The notes beneath the pieces are model-generated. The model did not search any database, was not told where the DNA came from, and saw only the letters and a program-made list of their open reading frames with translations. From the human T2T-CHM13v2.0 reference genome, Homo sapiens, in assembly GCF_009914755.1 (NCBI RefSeq), contig NC_060946.1: 64,000 bases of DNA, one strand, 5' to 3'. The position numbers and the translations under genes are program-made. Positions 56,801 to 64,000 of the stretch are shown here, one piece after another (positions within the stretch are counted from its first letter, which is position 1; each line of letters starts with the position of its first letter).

Positions 56801-59800
56801 TTCGATGGTGACTCCTTTCGGTTCCATTCGATGATGATTCCATTCGGTTCCATTCGATGATGATTCCTTTGGATTCCATTCAATGATGATTCTTTTCATC
56901 TCCATTTGATGTTGATTCTTTTCTATTCCATTCGATGATGATTCCATTTGATGCCATTCGATGATGATTCATTCGATTCCATTCAATGATTCCATTCAAT
57001 TCCATACAATGATGATTCCATTCGAGTCCATTCGATGATTCCATTCAATTCCATTCGATGATTCCATTCGATTCCATTTGATGATGATTCCATTTGATTC
57101 CATTCGATGATGATTCCATGCAATTCTATTCGATGGTGACTCCTTTCGGTTCCATTCGATGATGATTCCATTCGGTTCCATTTGATGATGATTCCTTTGG
57201 ATTCCATTCAATGATTCCATTTGATTCCTTTTGATGATTATTCCATTCGAGTCCATTCGGTGATTCCTTTTGATTTCAATTGAAGATGATTCCAGTTGAT
57301 ACCATTCGATGATACCATTTGATACCATTCATTGATGATTCCATTTGAGTGCATTCCATGGTACCATTCGATCCCATTCAATGATGAATCCATTCGATTT
57401 CACATGATGATTCCATTCAATACCATTCTATGATGATTCCATTGGAGTCCATTTGATGATTCCATTTGACTCCATTTGATGATGATTCCATTCAATGATT
57501 CCATTTGATTCTATTCGATGATGATTCCATTTGGTATCATTCGATGCTGATTCCATTCAATTCCATTTGATTATTCCATTTGATTCCATTCGAAGGTTCC
57601 ATTAGATTATATTTGAGGATGATTCCACTCGATTCCATTCAATGATTCCTTTCAATTCTATTCGATGATGATTCCATTAGATTCCATTGGATGATGACTG
57701 CATTTGATTCCATTCGATGATTACATTTGATTCAATTCGATGATGATTGCGATCAATTACGTTCGATTATTTCATTTGATTCCATTCGATGATTCCAATT
57801 GATTCCATTCGATAATGATTCCATTCGAGTCCATTCAATTATTCCTTTTGAGTCCAATCCATGATTCCATTCGAGTCCGTTCGATCATTCCATTTGAGTC
57901 CATTCGATGAAGATTCCATTCGAGTCCATTCAATAATTCTTTTTAAGTCCATTCGATGATGATTCCATTCGAGTCCAGTCAATGATTCCATTTGATTCCA
58001 TTCGATGATGATTCCATTTGAGTCCATTCAAGGATTCCATTTGATTTCATTCGATGATGATTCCATTTAATTCCATTGAATGATTCCATTCTATTCCATT
58101 TGATGGTGATTGCATTCGAGTCCATTCAATGATTCCATTCGGGTCCATTTAATGATTCCATTGAGTTCAACACGATGATGATTACATTGGATTCCATTCT
58201 ATGATTCCATTCGATTCTTTTCGTTGATGATTCCGTTCGATTCCATTCAATGATTATTCCATTCGATTTCATTCGATGATTATATTTGATTCCATTTGAT
58301 GAAAATTCAATTCTGTTACATTGGATGATTCCATTCGATTCCATTCGATGATGATTCCATTCGATTCCATTCGATGATGATTCCATTCAATTACATTAGA
58401 TGATGAATCCATTCGATTCCATTCAATGATGATTCCATTCTATTCCATTCGATGATGATTCCATTCAATTTCATTCGATGATTCCATTTGATCCCATTCG
58501 ATGATGATTCCATTCTATTCCATTGGATAATTCCATTCTATTCCATTCGATGATGATCCCATTCGATTCCATTCGATGATGATTCCATTTGATTCCATTC
58601 GATGATGATTCTATTCGATTCCATTTGAGGATGATTCCATTCACTTGCATTCAATGATTTCAATTGAGTCGATTCAAAAATTCAATTTGATTCCATTCGA
58701 TCATGACTCCATTCGAGTCCGTTCGATGATTCCATTCTATTCCATTCCATGATGATTCCATTCGATGCCAATCGATGATTCCATTCGATTCCATTTGTTG
58801 ATGATTCCATTCGAGTCCATTCTCAGATTCCATTAGATTCCATTTGATGATGATTCCATTCGAGTCCATTCGATGATTCCATTCGATTCCATTCGACGAT
58901 GATTCCATTTGAGTCCATTCGATGATTCCATACAATTCCATTCGATGATGATTCCACTCGAGTCCATTAGATGATTCCATTCGAGTCCATTTGATTATTC
59001 CCTTAGATACCATTCACTGGTGATTCTATTCAATGCCATTCGATGATTCCATATGGTTCCATTTGGTGATATTTCCATTTTAGTCCATTCGATGATTCCA
59101 TTGGATTCCATTCAATGATGATTCCATTCGTATCCTTTCAATGATTCCATTTGATTCCATTCAATGATGATTCCACTCGAGTCCATTTGATGATTCCATT
59201 TGATTCCATTTGATGATTCCTTTCGATCCCATTTGATGATTCCCTTTGATTCCATTTGATGATCACTCCATTCAATTCAGTGATCCCATTGGATTCCATT
59301 CGATGATTATTCCATTAGATTCCACTCCATGATGGTTCCATTCGGTTCCATGTGATGATGATTCCATTAGATTCCATTAGATGATTCCATGCGATTCCAT
59401 TTGTTGATGATTCCATTCGATTCCATTTGATGATGATTCCATTTGTTTTCATTCTATGATTCTATTTTATTCCATTCGATGATGATTCCATTCTATTCCA
59501 TTCAATGATTCCATTCGATTCCATTCTATGATGATTGTATTTGACTCCATTTGATGATGATTCCATTTGATTCCATTCGATGATGATTCCATTCATGTCC
59601 ATTCGATTCCATTCTATGATGATTGTATTTGACTCCATTTGATGATGATTCCATTTGATTCCATTCGATGATGATTCCATTCATGTCCATTCGATGATTC
59701 CACTCAATTCTATTCGATGATGACTCCAAACAAGTCCGTTACATTATTCCATTTGATTCCATTGGATGATGATTCCTTTCGATGCCATTTGATGATTCCC

Positions 59801-62800
59801 TTCTATTTCATTTGATGACGATTCCATTCGGTTCCATTCGATGATTCCACTCAATGATGATACCATTCAATGCCATTCAATGATTCCATTCAATTCCGTT
59901 CGATGATTCCATTCAATTCCATTCAATGATGATTCCATTCGAATCCATTCAATGCTTGCATTCGATTCCATTCGATGATGATTGCATTCGAGTCCATTTG
60001 ACGATTCCATTTGATTTCATTCAAAGATGATTCCATTCGATTCCATTCAATGGTGTTTCCATTCGAGTCCATTCGATGATTCCATTCGTTTTCATTTGAT
60101 GATGATTCCATTCGATGTCATTCAATGATTCTATTTGATTGTCTTCAATGATGATTCCTTTTGAGTCCATTCAATGATTCCATTCAAGTCCATTCGATGA
60201 TTCCTTTCAATTCCATTTGATGATGATTCCATTTGAGTCCATTCAATGATTCCATTCGATTCCATTTGATGATGATTCCATTCGAGTCCATTCGATGATT
60301 CCATTCGCGTCCATTTCATGATTTTTTTGGGTTCAATTCGATGATGATTACATTGGATTCCATTCTATGATTCCATTCGATTCCATTAATTGATGATTCC
60401 ATTCGACTCCACTCGATGATGATTCCATTCGATTTCAATGATTCTATTCGATTCCATTCGATGATTCCATTCTATTCAATTCGATGACTCCTTTAGATTC
60501 CACTTGATGATGATTACATTCGATTTCATTCAATGATTCTATTTGATTCCATTCGATGATGATCCCATTTTATTCAATTCTATGATTCCATTCGATTCCA
60601 TTCGGTGATGATTCCATTCAAATCCATTTGATGATTCCATTCAATTCCATTCGATGATGATACTATTTGAGTCCATTCGATGATGACTGCATTCGATTCC
60701 ATACGATGATTCCATCTTATTCCACTCGATGAAGATTCCAATCGATTACATTAGATGATTCCATTCAATTCCATCTGATTATTCCATTTCATTCCATTCC
60801 ATAATGATTCCATTTGAGTCCAATCCATGATTCCATTCAAGTCCATTCAATCATTCCATTTGAGTCCATTCGATGATGATTCCATTCGAGTCCATTCGAT
60901 GATGATTCCATTCAAGTTCATTCGGTGATTCCATTCGAGTCCATCCGATAATTCCATTTCAGTCCATTCGATGATGGCTTTTGATTCCATTCGACGATAT
61001 TCTTTTTGAGTCCATTCCATGATTCCATTTGATTCTATTCGATGATGATTCCTTTCATCTCCATTCGGTGATTCCATTCGATTTTATTCAATGATGATTC
61101 CTTTCGAGTCCATTAGATGATTCCTTTCAAGTCAATTAGATGATTCCTTTCAATTCCATTTAATGATGATTGCATTCGAGTCCATAAAGTGATTACATTC
61201 GATTCCATTCAATGATGATTCCATTCAATTCCATTCGATGATCCTATTTGATTCCATTCAGTGATTCCATTTGATTCCATTCGATGATGATTCCATTCCA
61301 TTCCATTCGATGATTCCATTTGATTCCGTTCAATGATGATTTCATTCGAGTCCATTTGATGATTCCATTTGATTCTATTTGATGATTTATCCATTCGAGT
61401 CCATTCGATGATTCTATTCGAATCCATTTGATGATTACTTTTGATTATATTCGGTGATGGTTCCATTCGAGTCCATTCAATGATTCCATTTGATTCCATT
61501 CGATGATGATTCCATTCGAGTCCATTTGATGATTCCATTTGACTCCATTCTCCAATGATTACATTCGAGTCCATTTGATGATTCCACTCGATTCCATACG
61601 ATGATGATTCCGTTCAATTCCATTCGATGATTCCATTCTATTCCATTCAATGATGATTCCATTCGAGTACATTAGAAGATTCCTTTCGATTATATTAGAT
61701 GATGATTCTATTCGTGCCCATTACATGAGTCCACACAATTCCACTCGATAATGATACTATTCGAGTCCATTCAATGACTCTCTTCAATTCCATTCGATGA
61801 TGATTCCTTTCAATTCAATTCATTGGTGATTCTATTCAATTCCATTCTTTGATTGCATTCCATTCCATTCGACAATGATTCCATTTGATTTCTTTCGATG
61901 ATTCCACTCAATTCCACTTGACATTGATTCCATTTGATTCCATTCAATGATTCCATTTGATTCCAGTTGATGATGATTGCCTTTGATTCCATTCGATCAT
62001 TCCATTCGATTCCGTTTGATGATGATTCCGTTTGATTCTATTTGATGATTCCATCTGATTCTATTCGAGGATTCCATTCGATTCCATTCAATGATGATTC
62101 CATTCGAGTCCATTCGATGATTTCATTCGAGTCCATCCAATGATTCCATTTGAGTCCATTTGATGATTCCATTCGATTCCATTTGATTATGATTCCACTA
62201 GAGCCCATTCGATGATTCCATTCGAGTCCATTCAATAATTCCATTCGAGTCAATTCGATTATTCCATTCGAGTCCATTCGATGATTTCATTCGAGTTCCT
62301 TCGTTGATTCCATCCGATTTCATTTGATGATGACTGCATTCGAGTCCATTCAATGATTCCATTCGATTCCATTAGATGATTCCATTGGAGTCCATTCGAT
62401 TATTCCTTTTGATTCCATTCAATGATTCCATTCAATTCCTTTCTATGATAATTCCGTTTGTGTCCATTCCATGATGATTCCATTCGATTCCATTCAATGA
62501 TTCCGTTCGATTCCATTCGATGATTCCCTTCGATTCCGTTCCATGATGATTCCATTCCATTCCATTTGATGATTCCATTCTAATCTATTCCATGATGATT
62601 CCTTTTGATTCCATTCTCTAATGATTCCATTTGATTCCATTCGATGATGATTCCATTTGATTCCATTCGATGACGATTCCATTTGATTCCATTCAATGAT
62701 GATTCCATTCTATTCCATTCAATTATTCCATTAAATTTCATTTGATGATTACTCCATTCGAGTAAATTCAACGATTCCATTCAATACCATTCGATGATTA

Positions 62801-64000
62801 TTCCTTTCGAGTCCATTCAGTGATTTCATTCAAGTCCATTTGATGATTCCTTTCAATTCCATTCGATGATGATTTCATTCGAGTCCATTCGATGATTCAA
62901 TTCGCTTCCATTCGATGATGATTCATTTGAGTCCATTCGATGATTCCATTTGATTACATTCAATGATTCCATTCGATTCCATTCAATGATGATTCCGTTC
63001 GAGTCCATTTAATGATTCCATTGGTTTCAATTCGAAGATGATTAAATTGGATTCCATTCTATGATTCCATTCGTTGATGATTCCATTCGATTCCATTTGA
63101 TGATGATTCAATTATATTCCATTCGATGATTCCATTCGATTCCATTCTATGATGATTCCATTTGAGTTCATTCGAAGATTCCATTTGATTACATTCTATG
63201 ATGATTCCATTTGTGTCCATTCGAAGATTCCATTTGATTACATTCTATGATGATTCCATTCGAGTCCATTTGATGATTCCATTTGACTCCATTCAACGAT
63301 GATTCCATTCGATGCTATTCAATGATTCCATTCGATTCCATTCTATGATGATTCCATTCGAGTCCATTCGATGATTCCATTCAACTCAATTCAGTGATGA
63401 TTCAATTCGATGACATTCGATGACTCCATTCAATTTCATTTGATGATGATTCCATTCGATTCCCTTCGATGATGATTACATTCGAGTCCGTTTGATGATT
63501 CCATTCTTTTCCATTCGATGATGGTCCATTCATGTCTATTCGAAGATTCCATTCAATTCCATTCAATGATGATTCCATTTGATTCTGTTCGATGATTATT
63601 CCGTTAGATTCCATTAGATGATTGCATTCAATTCCATTTGATTCCATTCAATGATGATTCCATTAGATTCCATTCGATGATTCCATCGAGTCCAATGATT
63701 CCATTCGAGTCCATTTGATGATTCCATTCTTTTCCATTCGTTGATGATTCCATTAGAGTCCATTCGATGATTCCATTTGAGTCCATTCGATAATTTCTTT
63801 CGAGTCCATTTGATGATTCCATTCGAGTCCATTCGATAATTCCATTCGAGTCCATTTGATGATTCCATTCTTTTCCATTTGATGATTCCATTAGGGTCCA
63901 TTCGATAATTCCTTTCGAGTCCTTTTGATCACTCCATTCGAGTCCATTCGATGATTCTATTTGATTCCATTCGATGATTCCATTCGATTCTATTTGATGA
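53899..64000 (+). repeat. Diverged HSat2/HSATII array (continues beyond the window)
   Basis: Same unit structure and orientation as the left array. Confidence 0.95.

Noticed and set aside
53875-63901. Similar ORFs in the right satellite
   Set aside because: Same satellite artefact.

Overview
This is primate (human or great-ape) pericentromeric DNA, not prokaryotic. Two diverged HSat2/HSATII satellite arrays (about 1-6090 and 53899-64000, both with CATTC on the + strand) flank a ~47.5 kb non-satellite island that looks like a segmental-duplication mosaic. Most of the island is AT-rich and filled with old interspersed repeats (L1M, L2, MIR, MaLR/ERV LTRs, Alus, Tigger3a, MER20, MER30). A compact composite sits in its centre: half-Alu, then a 1.4 kb CpG-rich 22-bp tandem repeat (GCTTTTTGCCCCCGCCGCCGCG)n fused directly to a duplicated KSR1 5'UTR, exon 1 and start of intron 1. 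The exon keeps an open 67-codon frame and an intact GTAAG donor. After it come a ~435 bp (GAAAT/GAAATGAT)n array and a full-length ~6.1 kb L1PA3/4. L1 ORF1 and ORF2 are dead, but the antisense ORF0 is open and points back at the KSR1 fragment. There is no intact protein-coding gene; most ORF-track entries are artefacts of low-complexity repeats. Repeat family names come from recalled consensus sequences and need RepeatMasker/Dfam confirmation. I see no proven novel system. The repeat-KSR1 exon-satellite-L1 cassette is the best candidate for follow-up.
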